Positions 1 through 11,283 of a stretch of DNA of 64,000 nt are shown here, in pieces. The notes beneath the pieces are model-generated. The model was not told where the DNA came from, made no database searches, and saw only the letters and a list, made by a program, of their open reading frames with translations. Within the stretch, counting starts at the first letter, position 1. Each line of letters opens with the position of its first letter. The translations under genes were made by a program, and so were the position numbers. Origin of the DNA: Acidobacteriota bacterium (GTDB taxonomy: Bacteria; Acidobacteriota; Polarisedimenticolia; Gp22-AA2; AA152); assembly GCA_022616665.1 (NCBI GenBank), contig JAKEFJ010000028.1, positions 14,492-78,491 of the forward strand, read 5' to 3'.

Positions 1-9
1 TTATTCCCG

Positions 10-942
10 GTGTCAGGGCCCTTGAGATCCTTCCTTCTCCGCAGATTCCTTCTCTTCCTCCCTGTGCTACTGGGAGTCTGTACGCTCGTCTTCGCGCTCA
101 TTCATCTCATCCCCGGAGATCCGGTTCAGGTCATGTTGGGCGAGGGGGCCACCGCCGCCGACTTGGCCGATCTCCGAGCAAAACTCGGTTTAAATCAGCC
201 GCTGCTCGACCAGTACGCCCTCTTCCTGAGCCGCCTGTCCGTGGGAGATATGGGAAGCTCCTTTCGCTATCGGGAGCCGGTTCGCGCTCTTATTTTCAGC
301 CGGTATCCCGCCACCATCCTCCTGGCGGGAACCAGCATGTTGCTGGCTTGTCTCATTGCTTTCCCCGCGGGGGTCCTCGCCGCAGTCCACCGAGGAAAAT
401 CAGGCGATCGCATCGCCACGACTCTGTCCCTGCTGGGACTCTCGCTTCCCAGCTTCTGGGTCGGCCCAATCCTCATTCTGGTCTTTGCGGTCCACCTGGA
501 CTGGTTTCCCGTTTCGGGGATGGAAGAGCCCAGGGCCGTCGTCCTTCCTTCGATAGCCCTGGGGACTGCGTTGGCGGCCATTCTGACCCGGATGATTCGT
601 GCCAGCCTCGTCGAGGAGATTTCCAGCCCCTACTGCGTCGCTGCGGCGGCCAGGGGCCTCGGAAGGTGGAATGTCGTCTTGCGCCACTCGCTCAAAAACG
701 CCTTCGTTCCGGTGGTAACGGTGCTGGGGCTTCAAGCGGGGGTTCTCCTGACTGGAGCCGTAATCACCGAAACCGTGTTCGGGTGGCCCGGCCTTGGAAG
801 ACTCACGATCCAGGCTATCGAAACTCGCGACTATCCGCTGGTTCAGGGGTGCATCCTCATGATCGCTCTCACCTACTTGCTGGTAAATCTGGTGACTGAT
901 CTAGCGTACGCCGTTCTGGATCCCCGGATCCGCTATGGTTGA
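10..942 (+). CDS. Oligopeptide/dipeptide ABC transporter permease (DppB/OppB family), possibly 5'-partial at the window start
   Basis: 310-aa ORF with six TM segments. Binding-protein-dependent transport signature region (...SPYCVAAAARGLGRWNVVLRHSLKNAFVPV...). Typical DppB C-terminus (LDPRIRY). The GTG at 10 may not be the true start. Confidence 0.85.
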   Translation: MSGPLRSFLLRRFLLFLPVLLGVCTLVFALIHLIPGDPVQVMLGEGATAADLADLRAKLGLNQPLLDQYALFLSRLSVGDMGSSFRYREPVRALIFSRYPATILLAGTSMLLACLIAFPAGVLAAVHRGKSGDRIATTLSLLGLSLPSFWVGPILILVFAVHLDWFPVSGMEEPRAVVLPSIALGTALAAILTRMIRASLVEEISSPYCVAAAARGLGRWNVVLRHSLKNAFVPVVTVLGLQAGVLLTGAVITETVFGWPGLGRLTIQAIETRDYPLVQGCILMIALTYLLVNLVTDLAYAVLDPRIRYG

Positions 943-1822
943 GACCCACGGGTCACCGCGGGCGGGAGTTCTGTTTTCGCTCTCCCGCCACCTTCGGGAA
1001 GACCCTCTGGGTCTGGTCGGAATGGCGATCCTCATCCTCCTCTCCTTCCTGGCGCTTGCGGCCCCTGTGCTGGCCCCTTACTCTGTGGGGGCCCAGGACC
1101 TGAGCCAGCGTTTTGCCGCACCAACTCCCGTGCACCCTCTCGGATTGGATGAGCTGGGACGGGACATTCTCTCCCGACTCATTTTCGGCGCCCGCATCTC
1201 CCTCTTCTTGAGCTTCGTCGTCGTGTCCTCCTCCGCCTTGGTGGGACTGACGGTGGGAACGGTTGCGGGGTTCGCCGGCGGGTGGATCGACGATGTACTC
1301 ATGCGCAGCATCGATGTCCTGATGGCTTTTCCAGGCATTCTACTGGCCATTTCCCTGGTGGCCGTGCTCGGTCCGGGGCTGGGAAACCTGGTGCTGGCCC
1401 TCTGTTTGATTGGGTGGGTGGGCTACGCCCGCCTGGCACGGGCCCAGATTCTGCGTGCGAGGGAGATGGAGTATGTCCTATCAGCGCGGGCCGCGGGGGC
1501 CCGATCGGAGCGAATTCTGTTCCTCCACCTTCTTCCCAACATCTCCGGCCCAATCATCGTGCAGGCTACGGTGGGCATGGCCGGGGTCATTCTCTCGGAG
1601 GCGGGGCTGAGCTTCCTGGGACTGGGGCTCCCTCCCCCCAGCCCCAGTTGGGGGAGCATGCTGCGCAGCGGAAGCCAACATCTCTTCGACGCCCCCCATC
1701 TCATCGTCTATCCAGGAGTCGCCATCATGCTGGCTGTGTTGAGCTTCAATTTTCTGGGAGATTCCATTCGAGACTGGCTGGATCCGAAGCTGCAGAAAAG
1801 CCTGGAGTCGGGACGCGGCTAG
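935..1822 (+). CDS. Oligopeptide/dipeptide ABC transporter permease (DppC/OppC family)
   Basis: 295-aa ORF overlapping the preceding permease by 8 nt. DppC-like N-terminal region. EAA-like loop (ARAAGARSERILFLHLLPN). Confidence 0.85.
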   Translation: MVETHGSPRAGVLFSLSRHLREDPLGLVGMAILILLSFLALAAPVLAPYSVGAQDLSQRFAAPTPVHPLGLDELGRDILSRLIFGARISLFLSFVVVSSSALVGLTVGTVAGFAGGWIDDVLMRSIDVLMAFPGILLAISLVAVLGPGLGNLVLALCLIGWVGYARLARAQILRAREMEYVLSARAAGARSERILFLHLLPNISGPIIVQATVGMAGVILSEAGLSFLGLGLPPPSPSWGSMLRSGSQHLFDAPHLIVYPGVAIMLAVLSFNFLGDSIRDWLDPKLQKSLESGRG

Positions 1823-2964
1823 CGGGTTCGTGTGGGGTCTCTCGTGTCGGGAATCCGGCGGTGCATGGCCTTCCACTCCTCTGGCGGAATGGACAGGAAC
1901 ACTTCCACCACTTTGGGATCGAATTGGAGTCCGGAGTTCCGGACAATCTCCGCCCTCGCATCTTCATACCTGAGGGCTCTGCGGTAGGGTCGGTCCGAGG
2001 TCATCGCATCCAGCGTATCCACCACGGCGAAGATCCTGGCGCCCAGTGGAATTTCCTCTCTCTGCAGTCCCCGCGGGTAGCCGGACCCGTCGAACCGCTC
2101 CTGATGTGCGATCACGATGGGCAGAGATGGCTCCAAAAACTTGATTCCGGAGAGGATACGATAGCCAATTTCGGGGTGCCTTCGCATTTCTTCCCACTCT
2201 TCCGGCGTGAGTTTTCCAGGTTTGCGCAACACCGCGTCGGGGATGCCGATTTTGCCCACGTCGTGAAGCAGAGCTCCTCGTCGGATCTCCGTCAATTCTG
2301 GATCCTTCACTCCCATCCGCCGGGCAATGACCACCGTATATTCGGAGACGCGCATGGAATGGCCCTGGGTCTCAGTGTCCCGGGTATCCAGCGCTGCGGC
2401 AAGGGCCTCCAGAGTGGTTTCGTATGAGATTTGGAGCTTTTCGTAGAGCTCCTCGATCTCGCGGCGCTTGAGCACCAACTCCACGGTTCGTTCGGCAACC
2501 TTCGACTCCAGGTCACGCTGGTACTCCCGGTTCTCCAGGACCAGGCGCCTTTTTTCCAGCGCCTTTTCCACTGTCAGGCGCACTTCCTCCAGGTTGAAGG
2601 GCTTCGTCAAGTAATCATTGGCACCCATTCGCATCGCCCGCAATGCCACCTCTACGTCCACGACACCCGTGATCATCACCACCTCGACGTCCGGGTGCGC
2701 CTCTCTGACGTTTTTCAGGAGCCGGACTCCATCCATGGTGGGCATGTCGATGTCACTGAGAACCAGTGAGAATTGCTCTCGTCTCAGTAGATCCAGTGCC
2801 TCGTGTCCGTTCGAAGCCACGGCGCAATGGTATCCTTGTCCCTTGAGACCCTCGCACAGAAGGTCTCGAATGGCGGGCTCGTCGTCGACCACGAGGATTC
2901 CAGGGGGGACCCCCCAATCCAACGCGGACGGAGGGGCAGAGGGGTGACCCTTTTTGTCAGTCAC
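1819..2964 (-). CDS. Response regulator with HD-GYP phosphodiesterase domain (RpfG-like, c-di-GMP hydrolysis)
   Basis: REC domain (ILVVDDEPAIRDLL...DIDMPTMDG...TKPF) followed by an HD-GYP domain (HDVGKIGIP...HQERFDGSGYPRGL). The track ORF runs to 3216 and overlaps the polA 3' end. The start was trimmed to the GTG at 2962-2964, which has an AAGGAG Shine-Dalgarno upstream. Confidence 0.8.
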   Translation of the reverse strand: MTDKKGHPSAPPSALDWGVPPGILVVDDEPAIRDLLCEGLKGQGYHCAVASNGHEALDLLRREQFSLVLSDIDMPTMDGVRLLKNVREAHPDVEVVMITGVVDVEVALRAMRMGANDYLTKPFNLEEVRLTVEKALEKRRLVLENREYQRDLESKVAERTVELVLKRREIEELYEKLQISYETTLEALAAALDTRDTETQGHSMRVSEYTVVIARRMGVKDPELTEIRRGALLHDVGKIGIPDAVLRKPGKLTPEEWEEMRRHPEIGYRILSGIKFLEPSLPIVIAHQERFDGSGYPRGLQREEIPLGARIFAVVDTLDAMTSDRPYRRALRYEDARAEIVRNSGLQFDPKVVEVFLSIPPEEWKAMHRRIPDTRDPTRTR

Positions 2965-3073
2965 CTGAGACAAAGCGGCTCCTTTCAAAGGGCCGGGAAA
3001 GCGGCGCTCTGGATAATCTAGATCCGGCCCGGCCGGAGTCAATCGTTCTCTCGGCCTGGGGAGCGTCTTCTTT

Positions 3074-5782
3074 CTACTTTGTCTCAAGCCAACTGGCGCC
3101 CGAGCGGACCTCGGCCACCAGGGGCACGTCCAGCGGGTAGCATCCTTCCATGGACTCGCGCACCAGGATGGACGCCCGACCCACTTCGGCCTCGGGAGAC
3201 TCCAGCACCAGTTCATCGTGCACCTGAATCAAAAGGCGGCTGCGCAATGCCTCCCGCTTCAAGCGGGTGTCCAGCTGCACCATCGCCGCCTTGATCAGAT
3301 CGGCTGCGCTACCCTGCACCGTCGTGTTGACGGCCACCCGGATACCCTGGTTGCGCTGATTCATGTTCCGACTGCGAATCTCCGGCACCATGCGGATTCG
3401 CCCGAGAAGCGTGGAGACTTGGCCCTGGCGCTCGGCTGATTCGATCACCTGGTCCCGGTAGCGCCGCACACCCGGAAACCTCTGGAAGTACTCCTCGATG
3501 TACTGCTTGGCGGAGGCCAGCGACACCCCCAGTTCGCGGGAGAGACGAAACGGACCCATTCCGTAGAGAATGCCGAAATTGATGGTCTTTGCCTGATGTC
3601 TCATGGCGGGGGTGACGAGATCGGGCGCCACGCCGAAGATTTGCGCCGCTGTACGCTGATGAATGTCCTCGCCGTTTCGGAACGACCGAATCATCTCCTC
3701 ATCCTGAGTCAGATGCGCCAGAACTCGAAGCTCAATCTGAGAATAGTCTGCCGTCAGGATTCGCCATCCTTCCTGAGCGATGAAAGCCTTGCGAATCTGA
3801 CGTCCCTTCTCCGTTCGAATGGGAATGTTCTGGAGGTTCGGGTCACTGCTAGAGAGTCGGCCAGTGGCGGCCGTGGTTTGGTTGAAGGACGCGTGAACGC
3901 GGCCGGTTTCGGGGTTCACCAGACTCGGAAGGGACTCCACGTAGGTGGAAAGCAGCTTCCAGAGGCCGCGGTATTCCAGCACGGCAGCCGGAAGCGGATG
4001 AGAGGAGGCTAGGCCTTCCAGCACATCCACGCCGGTGGAGAACGACTTCTCCTTCTCGGTCTTCCGCCCTGGGGACAGGCCCAGTTTTTGGAAGAGAACC
4101 TGCCCGAGCTGTCGTGGAGACTGAATATTGAACTCCTCCCCGGCCAGGGCGTAGATTCTCACCTCAAGATCCTTCAGCTCCAGAGTCCACTGCTTCGACA
4201 GCTCGTTCAGAAATGGTGAATCGATCCGGACCCCCGTGAACTCCATCTCCGCCAGGATGGAGGTGAGGGGAAGCTCCAGCTCTCGGTAGAGTCGCTCGAG
4301 GCCATTTTTCCGTAGACGATCCTTCAAAGGCATCTCGAGCTCGAGAAGGCGTCGGCAGTCGAAGCAAGTTTTCTGTTCGCCGCCGCCCCCCATGGGAGGT
4401 GGGCCCCCGGTGGTCGCGGCAGTGGAGCTCCTCCCCAGAATGGAGGCTTCCAGTCTTTCCAGGCTGTAGTCCCTTCCCTCAGGGTCCAGCAAGTAGGCGA
4501 CGAGGGTGCTATCCAGATCGCCTCCCCGCAGTTTTTTCCCACGGCGCAGCAGGTATACCTCCAGCGACTTGAGATCGTCCGACAACTTTGAAATGGAAGG
4601 ATCCTGAAGAACGCTCTCCAATTCCTGGTGGATCTCTGCTTCCCCAAGGTCATCGGCTTGGCCTTGCGGCTCAACCTGCAAATCGGCGAAATGAACTGTC
4701 TCCGCCGATTCCCCCAAAGCCAGTCCCAACAGGCGTGCATGCATCGGCTCCGAGGCGGAGAACCAGGGGACGAGGGCCGCTTTTCTGTGGGCCAGGAGAG
4801 TCTGCCGGAACTCCTCCCATTCCCCCCTCTGTCGCAGGCGTTTTACGGGCATCGGGACGCCGAGCGGCACAGGTGCTTCTGACGCACCACTTTCCTGCGC
4901 CCCTCGCATTTCCTCCACGATTCGGTTGAATCCCAGGTCTGAAAAGAGCTGGCGCGCACGATCACCCTGCATCTCGCCTCTACGGAACTGGTCGGCCTGC
5001 CATGGCATCGGAACATCGCCGTGGATGGTCACCAACTCGCGGGATTTTCGAGCCTGATCGCCGTGCTTGAGGAGATTCTCTCGATAGGTTTTCCGAGATA
5101 TTTCCGAGGCATGCCGGAGGCACTCTTCCAGGCTGCCATAGGTCACCACGAGATCCCTCGCCCCCTTCTCGCCGATTCCGGGGACGCCGGGCACGTTGTC
5201 ACTCGAATCGCCCATCAGGGCCAGCACGTCGACCACCTGCTCCGGGTAAACCCCAAAGCTTCGCTTCACCCCTTCCCGATCCAGCAATTCGCCGCGCGAG
5301 GGGTGGAGAACCTGGACCGAGTCATTGACCAATTGAAGCAGGTCCTTGTCGGAAGACACGAGGACTACCCGGAAACCATCCTCCACCGCCTTGCGCGCCA
5401 AGGTGCCCATCAAATCGTCGGCCTCGAACCCGGCCATCTCGACCTGGGGAATCCCCAGGACGCGGCAGACTTCCTTGATGTCCGGGATTTGCTCGATCAA
5501 GTCCTCGGGAGGCGCCTGGCGATTGGCCTTGTAGGAGGGAAATGCGAGATGCCGATGAGTCGGTTCGGGACGATCGAAGGCTACGGCGATGAAGGTGGGC
5601 TTCTTGTCCTGAAGCAGTTTCCTGAGCATCTGCGTGAAGCCGAAGGTCGCATTGGTTGGACGGCCGGAGGGATCGCTCAGACCGCGGATGGCGTAGAAAG
5701 CGCGGAAAATGTTGGAAGTGCCGTCGACGAGATAGAGAACCCTTTCGGCGCCCTGCTCAGTCACGGGCCGCGGGACCCGCAT
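3074..5782 (-). CDS. polA: DNA polymerase I
   Basis: 5'-3' exonuclease N-terminus ([18 protein letters not shown]), 3'-5' exonuclease region, and polymerase motifs (RRxAKxINFGxxYG, VHDELVLE). The start is placed at the ATG 45 codons into the track ORF ([10 protein letters not shown]...), and the exact start is uncertain. Confidence 0.9.
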   Translation of the reverse strand: MRVPRPVTEQGAERVLYLVDGTSNIFRAFYAIRGLSDPSGRPTNATFGFTQMLRKLLQDKKPTFIAVAFDRPEPTHRHLAFPSYKANRQAPPEDLIEQIPDIKEVCRVLGIPQVEMAGFEADDLMGTLARKAVEDGFRVVLVSSDKDLLQLVNDSVQVLHPSRGELLDREGVKRSFGVYPEQVVDVLALMGDSSDNVPGVPGIGEKGARDLVVTYGSLEECLRHASEISRKTYRENLLKHGDQARKSRELVTIHGDVPMPWQADQFRRGEMQGDRARQLFSDLGFNRIVEEMRGAQESGASEAPVPLGVPMPVKRLRQRGEWEEFRQTLLAHRKAALVPWFSASEPMHARLLGLALGESAETVHFADLQVEPQGQADDLGEAEIHQELESVLQDPSISKLSDDLKSLEVYLLRRGKKLRGGDLDSTLVAYLLDPEGRDYSLERLEASILGRSSTAATTGGPPPMGGGGEQKTCFDCRRLLELEMPLKDRLRKNGLERLYRELELPLTSILAEMEFTGVRIDSPFLNELSKQWTLELKDLEVRIYALAGEEFNIQSPRQLGQVLFQKLGLSPGRKTEKEKSFSTGVDVLEGLASSHPLPAAVLEYRGLWKLLSTYVESLPSLVNPETGRVHASFNQTTAATGRLSSSDPNLQNIPIRTEKGRQIRKAFIAQEGWRILTADYSQIELRVLAHLTQDEEMIRSFRNGEDIHQRTAAQIFGVAPDLVTPAMRHQAKTINFGILYGMGPFRLSRELGVSLASAKQYIEEYFQRFPGVRRYRDQVIESAERQGQVSTLLGRIRMVPEIRSRNMNQRNQGIRVAVNTTVQGSAADLIKAAMVQLDTRLKREALRSRLLIQVHDELVLESPEAEVGRASILVRESMEGCYPLDVPLVAEVRSGASWLETK

Positions 5783-7106
5783 CCCCGTAACCGGAAGGAC
5801 TCGCGAGTGCCTGGTAGAAGGGAAAGCGCGAGCAGAGAGCTTGCACATCGGTCCGCGCCTTTTCGAGGATCTCGGGGGAGCCGGAGCTCTCCAATACGTC
5901 CGCGAGGAGCTCGCCAATCTGCCTCATCTCCTCCGTCCCCATGCCCCGGGTGGTGACGCACGGCGTCCCGATCCGCAGGCCGCTGGCTTTCAGAGGGGGA
6001 TTCGTATCGAATGGGATCGTGTTCTTGTTGACCGCGATGCCGGCCTCGCCGAGGATCGATTCAGCCTGCTGTCCGGTCATTCCCTTCTGAAAGACATCGG
6101 TCATGAAGAGGTGGCAGTCCGTCCCTCCCGAAACGATGCGAAAGCCTCTCCGCTGTAGGGTTTCGGCGAGCGCCCTCGCATTCTTGATCGTGGCCGCCTG
6201 AGCGCTTCTAAAGCTCTCGGAGAAAGCCTCCTGGAAGGCCACCGCCTTCGCGGCAATCATGTGCACCAGCGGCCCACCCTGGATGCCCGGGAAAACCGCG
6301 CGATCGACATCGCGAGCGAAGTTCTCGCGGCAGAGAATCATCCCGCCGCGCGGGCCACGCAGGGTTTTGTGAGTAGTCATGGTCACGAATTCGGCGAAGG
6401 GCACGGGGCTCGGGTACTCTCCTGCGGCGATGAGTCCGGCGTAATGGGCCACGTCGGCCAGAATCATTGCGCCGCACTCATCCGCGATACGCCGTATCCT
6501 GGGAAAGTCGATGACCCGCGAGTAGGCACTCGCCCCCACGACAATGAGCCGGGGATGGTGTTGCCTCGCGGAGCTTTCCATCGCGTCATAGTCCAGAAGC
6601 TCCGTGACCCGGGATACCCCATAGGGGATCACCTTGAAGTAGGTCCCTGAAAAATTCAGGGGATGTCCATGCGTCAAATGGCCTCCATGCGGAAGGCTCA
6701 TTCCCAGAACCGTGTCCCCGGGCTTGAGCACCGCGAAGTACACCGCCATGTTCGCCTGAGCTCCCGAGTGCGGCTGAACATTGGCGTGCTCCGCGCCGAA
6801 GAGCCGCTTGGCCCGATCCCGAGCCAGGGATTCAGCAATATCCGCGAAGTAGCAGCCTCCGTAGTACCGCTTCCCCGGGTACCCTTCCGCGTATTTGTTC
6901 GTGTACACGGAGCCCATCAGCTGGAGGACAGCTTGGCTCACGTAATTTTCCGAGGCGATCAGATTGAGACTCTGTTCCTGTCGCAGAATTTCGCCTTGGA
7001 GCGCGGCATGAACCTCCGGATCGGTCTCGAGCAGCGTCGTACTCACCGCCGTTTTCCTTTCATCGTTGGCGCTTCCAGGCGGGATTCGGGATGTGGATTC
7101 GTTCAA
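5757..7106 (-). CDS. glyA: Serine hydroxymethyltransferase
   Basis: Strong SHMT signature (LIASENYVS...[16 protein letters not shown]...[12 protein letters not shown]). The 3' end overlaps the polA start by about 25 nt. Confidence 0.9.
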   Translation of the reverse strand: MNESTSRIPPGSANDERKTAVSTTLLETDPEVHAALQGEILRQEQSLNLIASENYVSQAVLQLMGSVYTNKYAEGYPGKRYYGGCYFADIAESLARDRAKRLFGAEHANVQPHSGAQANMAVYFAVLKPGDTVLGMSLPHGGHLTHGHPLNFSGTYFKVIPYGVSRVTELLDYDAMESSARQHHPRLIVVGASAYSRVIDFPRIRRIADECGAMILADVAHYAGLIAAGEYPSPVPFAEFVTMTTHKTLRGPRGGMILCRENFARDVDRAVFPGIQGGPLVHMIAAKAVAFQEAFSESFRSAQAATIKNARALAETLQRRGFRIVSGGTDCHLFMTDVFQKGMTGQQAESILGEAGIAVNKNTIPFDTNPPLKASGLRIGTPCVTTRGMGTEEMRQIGELLADVLESSGSPEILEKARTDVQALCSRFPFYQALASPSGYGDAGPAARD

Positions 7107-7189
7107 GGTCGGCGGGACTCCTGTTCGGGAGGCGGCATCGTATTACATCGGCAGCCGAGGATCAAGAAGCGAGTAGGCCTCACTTGCTA

Positions 7190-7218
7190 CTTGACAATGC
7201 TAGGCTCAACTTTTATAC
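7190..7218 (+). promoter_or_regulatory. Near-consensus sigma70-type promoter (TTGACA-N17-TATACT) upstream of clpB in an AT-rich island
   Basis: TTGACA at 7190-7195, a 17-nt spacer, then TATACT at 7213-7218. A GAGGT RBS lies 7 nt before the TTG start at 7256. The island sits in the divergent glyA/clpB intergenic region and is far more AT-rich than its surroundings. Confidence 0.55.
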
Positions 7219-7255
7219 TAAGCATCGACTAAATGTTACAAATTGAGGTAACCCA

Positions 7256-9841
7256 TTGATAAATATAGACAAATTCACGAACAAGGCTACGGAGGCGATC
7301 CAGTCGGGCCAGAAGATCGCCGTATCAATGAGCCACCCAAGCGTCAATCCCGAGCATTTGGTGCTTGCTCTGATCACCCAGAGTGAAGGAGTGGTCCCCT
7401 CGTTGCTCGACCAGATGGAAGCGGATCGCAGCACCCTGGAAACCGATCTTCGCTCGATATTGCAGAAGTTTCCACGCACTTCGGGGGAGAGCAGCGAGCC
7501 CAGGATTTCCCCGGCCCTCCAGCGGGTGCTGGAGTCCGCAGTCCAAGTAGCCGCACAGTTCTCCGACGACTATGTCAGCTCGGAACACCTTTTCATTGCG
7601 GTTGTACAGTCCCCCGGCGGCCTTGGCTCACTTTTTCGCGAGCACCGGATCGACCCGCAGCGACTGCTCGCCTCCCTGAAGGCGGTGCGCGGGTCCCAGC
7701 GGGTCTCAGATCCGGATCCCGAGGGAAAATATCAGGCCCTGGTGCGCTACGGGAAGGATCTCACCGCCCTCGCGAGGCAGCGCAAACTGGATCCCGTCAT
7801 CGGCCGGGACGATGAGATTCGCCGGGTGATCCAGGTGCTCTCCCGGCGAACCAAAAACAACCCTGTCCTCATCGGCGAGCCCGGAGTCGGCAAGACCGCC
7901 ATTGTGGAGGGCCTGGCGCTGCGCATCGTGAACGGGGACGTCCCTGAAACGCTCAAGAACAAGCGCCTGATAGCCCTGGATCTCGGAGCGCTCATCGCCG
8001 GGGCCAAGTACCGCGGCGAGTTCGAGGATCGTCTCAAGGCGGTACTGAAGGAGATTCATGGGTCCGATGGCTCCGTCATTCTCTTCATCGATGAGCTCCA
8101 CACCCTCGTGGGGGCCGGCGCCGCAGAAGGGGCGATCGATGCCTCCAACATGCTCAAACCGGCATTGGCGCGCGGTGAGTTGCGCTGTGTAGGGGCGACC
8201 ACCCTCGACGAATACCGCAAACATATAGAGAAGGACGCCGCCCTGGAACGCCGCTTCCAGCCGGTGCTGGTGAGGGAGCCCTCCGTCGAGGACACGATTG
8301 CCATCCTGCGGGGGCTTAAAGAGCGCTACGAGGTGCACCACGGCGTGCGGATCCGGGACTCCGCCCTGCTCGCGGCCGCCACACTCTCCCACCGGTACAT
8401 CACCGACAGGTTCTTGCCCGACAAAGCCATCGACCTCATCGATGAGGCCGCCTCTCGCCTCCGCATCGAGATTGATTCGGTGCCCACCGAAATCGATGAA
8501 ATCCAGCGGCGCATGGTGCAAATGGAGATCGAACGGGAAGCGCTGAAAAAGGAAAAGGATCCCGCCTCTCGGGAGCGCCTGGAAAAGCTTGCGGGCGAGC
8601 TGGCCCATCTCAAAGAGAAGCGGGACCGGATGCGGGCCCACTGGGAGGCGGAGAAGAAAATCATCCAGGAGATTCGCTCGCTGAAGGAGGAATCCGAGAG
8701 TACCCGCGCCGCCGCCGAAAAGGCGGAAAGGGAGGGGGATCTGGGCAAGGCGGCACAGCTGCGCTACGGGAATCTCCAGGAGCTACAGAAGAAGTTGGAG
8801 GAAGCCAATCAGAGATTCTCAAGCCTGCAGAAAGAGCAGAAGATGCTCAAGGAAGAGGTGGACGAGGAAGACGTGGCGGAAATTGTGGCCAAGTGGACCG
8901 GCATTCCGGTTTCCCGTCTCCTGCAGGGCGACGTCGAGAGGCTGCTCGGGCTGGAAGAACGGCTATCCCGCCGTGTCGTCGCCCAGCAGGAGGCTATCCT
9001 AGCGGTTTCCAATGCCGTCCGTCGTGCCCGGGCCGGCATCCAGGACCCGAACCGGCCCATCGGTTCGTTCATATTCATCGGCCCCACCGGCGTGGGCAAA
9101 ACGGAATTGGCTCGCGCTCTGGCCGAGAACCTCTTTGACGATGAGCGCGCCATGATCCGCATCGACATGTCCGAGTATTCGGAGCGCCATTCGGTGGCTC
9201 GCCTCATCGGCGCCCCCCCCGGTTACATCGGCTACGACGAGGGGGGGCAGCTCACCGAAGCCGTGCGCCGCCGTCCCTACGCGGTCATCCTCTTCGATGA
9301 GATCGAAAAGGCCCATCCCGAGGTCTTCAATGTCTTCCTTCAGCTTCTGGATGATGGGCGGTTGACCGACGGTCAAGGGCGGGTCGTGGATTTCAGGAAC
9401 AGCCTGGTCATCCTGACCTCCAACATTCCACTTCCTCCCCCGGACCGAAGCCGCGGCGACCGGGTGGATCGGACGGTTTTGACGGAGTTACAGAAGTATT
9501 TTCGGCCGGAATTCTTGAATCGAATCGATGAAATCGTCAGGTTCCGTCCCTTGACGCTCCAGGACTTGGGCCGCATTGTGGAGATTCAACTGGCCCGAGT
9601 GGAGCACTCCCTGGCGGAGCGCAAGCTCAGCCTGTCAGTGACCGAGAGAGCCAAGGAGCACTTGGCGAAATTGGGTTATGACCCGGATTTCGGAGCCCGG
9701 CCTCTGAAGCGGGCTATCCAGAGCGCGATTCTGAATCCCCTCTCCGTGGAGCTCCTGTCGGGTAGGCTCAAGGCGGGGGACCGCGTCCAGGTGGACATCG
9801 ACCCCAAAAAGGGAGAATTCACCTTCGAGAGGACAGCATGA
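7256..9841 (+). CDS. clpB: ATP-dependent chaperone ClpB (AAA+ disaggregase)
   Basis: 861 aa. Two AAA modules ([15 protein letters not shown] and [15 protein letters not shown]), a coiled-coil middle domain, and a Clp N-domain. TTG start. Confidence 0.92.
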   Translation: MINIDKFTNKATEAIQSGQKIAVSMSHPSVNPEHLVLALITQSEGVVPSLLDQMEADRSTLETDLRSILQKFPRTSGESSEPRISPALQRVLESAVQVAAQFSDDYVSSEHLFIAVVQSPGGLGSLFREHRIDPQRLLASLKAVRGSQRVSDPDPEGKYQALVRYGKDLTALARQRKLDPVIGRDDEIRRVIQVLSRRTKNNPVLIGEPGVGKTAIVEGLALRIVNGDVPETLKNKRLIALDLGALIAGAKYRGEFEDRLKAVLKEIHGSDGSVILFIDELHTLVGAGAAEGAIDASNMLKPALARGELRCVGATTLDEYRKHIEKDAALERRFQPVLVREPSVEDTIAILRGLKERYEVHHGVRIRDSALLAAATLSHRYITDRFLPDKAIDLIDEAASRLRIEIDSVPTEIDEIQRRMVQMEIEREALKKEKDPASRERLEKLAGELAHLKEKRDRMRAHWEAEKKIIQEIRSLKEESESTRAAAEKAEREGDLGKAAQLRYGNLQELQKKLEEANQRFSSLQKEQKMLKEEVDEEDVAEIVAKWTGIPVSRLLQGDVERLLGLEERLSRRVVAQQEAILAVSNAVRRARAGIQDPNRPIGSFIFIGPTGVGKTELARALAENLFDDERAMIRIDMSEYSERHSVARLIGAPPGYIGYDEGGQLTEAVRRRPYAVILFDEIEKAHPEVFNVFLQLLDDGRLTDGQGRVVDFRNSLVILTSNIPLPPPDRSRGDRVDRTVLTELQKYFRPEFLNRIDEIVRFRPLTLQDLGRIVEIQLARVEHSLAERKLSLSVTERAKEHLAKLGYDPDFGARPLKRAIQSAILNPLSVELLSGRLKAGDRVQVDIDPKKGEFTFERTA

Positions 9842-9950
9842 GGTCCTCCCCGACGCAGCTCGGTTTGACCCCCTTCGAACAGGCCGATAAACTTCTCGGG
9901 TCCAGTGACCCTGAGCATCATCGAAGCGACGGTCCGGCGGGAGGGATCCT

Positions 9951-10397
9951 ATGAGCACGACCCGCGATTGGGTGGGTGAAAAGCAGAGAGTGCAGGTAAA
10001 GGTGGGCCAGGCTCTCCAGAAGTCGGTTGCCGGGCCCCTTTCCCCTGAAGAGCCGATTCGCCCAGGTGGTTGGTCGCCTCCGGTGGACATTTACGAGACG
10101 GACGACCGGATCGTCCTGCGAGCCGATCTCCCGGGTATCTCCATCGAGCAGATCGAGCTGAAGATAGAGAATGAACAGTTGATTCTCAAGGGCGAGCGGT
10201 CCCAGGACTCCTCGGCTCGACGGGAGGATTTCCACCGAATCGAACGCCCGTACGGGAGGTTCCGTCGCAGCTTTGCGCTTCCCCGGTCCATCCGTCAAGC
10301 GGAAATCCGGGCGGTGCTAAACCACGGTGTGCTGGAGGTGGTCCTGCCCAAGCACGCCCAGGCACGATCCAGGCCAATCAAGGTGGAGGTGCGCTGA
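9951..10397 (+). CDS. Hsp20/alpha-crystallin family small heat-shock protein
   Basis: 148 aa. ACD core (VDIYETDDRIVLRADLPGI...GVLEVVLPK). GGAGGG RBS upstream. Confidence 0.85.
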   Translation: MSTTRDWVGEKQRVQVKVGQALQKSVAGPLSPEEPIRPGGWSPPVDIYETDDRIVLRADLPGISIEQIELKIENEQLILKGERSQDSSARREDFHRIERPYGRFRRSFALPRSIRQAEIRAVLNHGVLEVVLPKHAQARSRPIKVEVR

Positions 10398-10431
10398 AAG
10401 GCGCCCTCGACGCTTCTAGGAGAGAAATCCA

Positions 10432-11283
10432 ATGATGAACCTAGTGAAAACTGCGTTCCTCCTCGGTCTTCTCACGATGCTCATCGTGGCCGTGGGAGGC
10501 TATTTTGGCGGGAGAGGAGGGGCCGCCATGGCGCTGGTTCTCGCCGCCGGCATGAACTTCTTCTCCTATTGGTTCTCGGACAAGATCGTACTGGCAGCCA
10601 GCCGAGCCAAGCCGGTGGCCCGGGAAGCGGCACCCCGGCTCTATGCAATCGTGGAAAGGCTTTGCGGGCGAACGGGAATGCCCCTCCCGCGTCTCTACGT
10701 ACTTCCGGAGGAGGCACCCAACGCGTTTGCCACCGGGAGGAACCCGCACCACGCCGCCGTGGCGGTGACTCAGGGAATCCTGACTCTCCTGGATGACGAG
10801 GAGCTGGAGGGGGTCTTGGCGCATGAGCTGAGCCACGTCAAAAACCGCGACATCCTCATCAGCTCCGTGGCTGCCACCCTGGCCGGGGCCGTCATGTTTC
10901 TGGCCAGCATGGCGAGATGGGCCGCGCTTTTCGGAGGCGTCGGAGACCGACGCGACGGTGAGCGTGGAGGAGGGGTTCTGGGCCTGTTGGTGGGCGCGCT
11001 TTTGGCACCGATTGCTGCGATGCTGATTCAGATGGCCGTGTCGCGCTCCCGTGAGTACCAGGCTGATGCCACCGGTGCTGAGATGGTGGGTCATCCACAG
11101 GGACTGGCCCGGGCTCTGGAAAAACTTGACCGATACTCCAAGCGCGTGCCCATGCTCGCCGCGGGAGGGCCTACGACCAGCCACCTGTTCATCGTGAAGC
11201 CATTCGCCGGAGCAAGCCTGATGAATCTGTTCAGTACTCATCCTCCCATTCCGGAGAGGATCCGTCGCCTCCTGGGGCGCTGA
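10432..11283 (+). CDS. htpX: Zinc metalloprotease HtpX (M48 family)
   Basis: HEXXH motif (HELSHV). Four TM segments. Typical HtpX N-terminus and C-terminal FSTHPPI motif. Confidence 0.88.
   Translation: MMNLVKTAFLLGLLTMLIVAVGGYFGGRGGAAMALVLAAGMNFFSYWFSDKIVLAASRAKPVAREAAPRLYAIVERLCGRTGMPLPRLYVLPEEAPNAFATGRNPHHAAVAVTQGILTLLDDEELEGVLAHELSHVKNRDILISSVAATLAGAVMFLASMARWAALFGGVGDRRDGERGGGVLGLLVGALLAPIAAMLIQMAVSRSREYQADATGAEMVGHPQGLARALEKLDRYSKRVPMLAAGGPTTSHLFIVKPFAGASLMNLFSTHPPIPERIRRLLGR

Noticed and set aside
1282-2427. 381-aa plus-strand ORF overlapping the dppC 3' end and the HD-GYP regulator
   Set aside because: Arg/Gly/Pro-rich nonsense composition, antisense to a well-supported HD-GYP gene. 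GC shadow ORF.
7706-8641. 311-aa minus ORF inside clpB
   Set aside because: Antisense to ClpB AAA domains, with shadow-ORF composition.
9842-9950. CIRCE/HrcA operator upstream of hsp20 (and likewise upstream of clpB and htpX)
   Set aside because: No TTAGCACTC-N9-GAGTGCTAA-like inverted repeat found in any of the three upstream regions.
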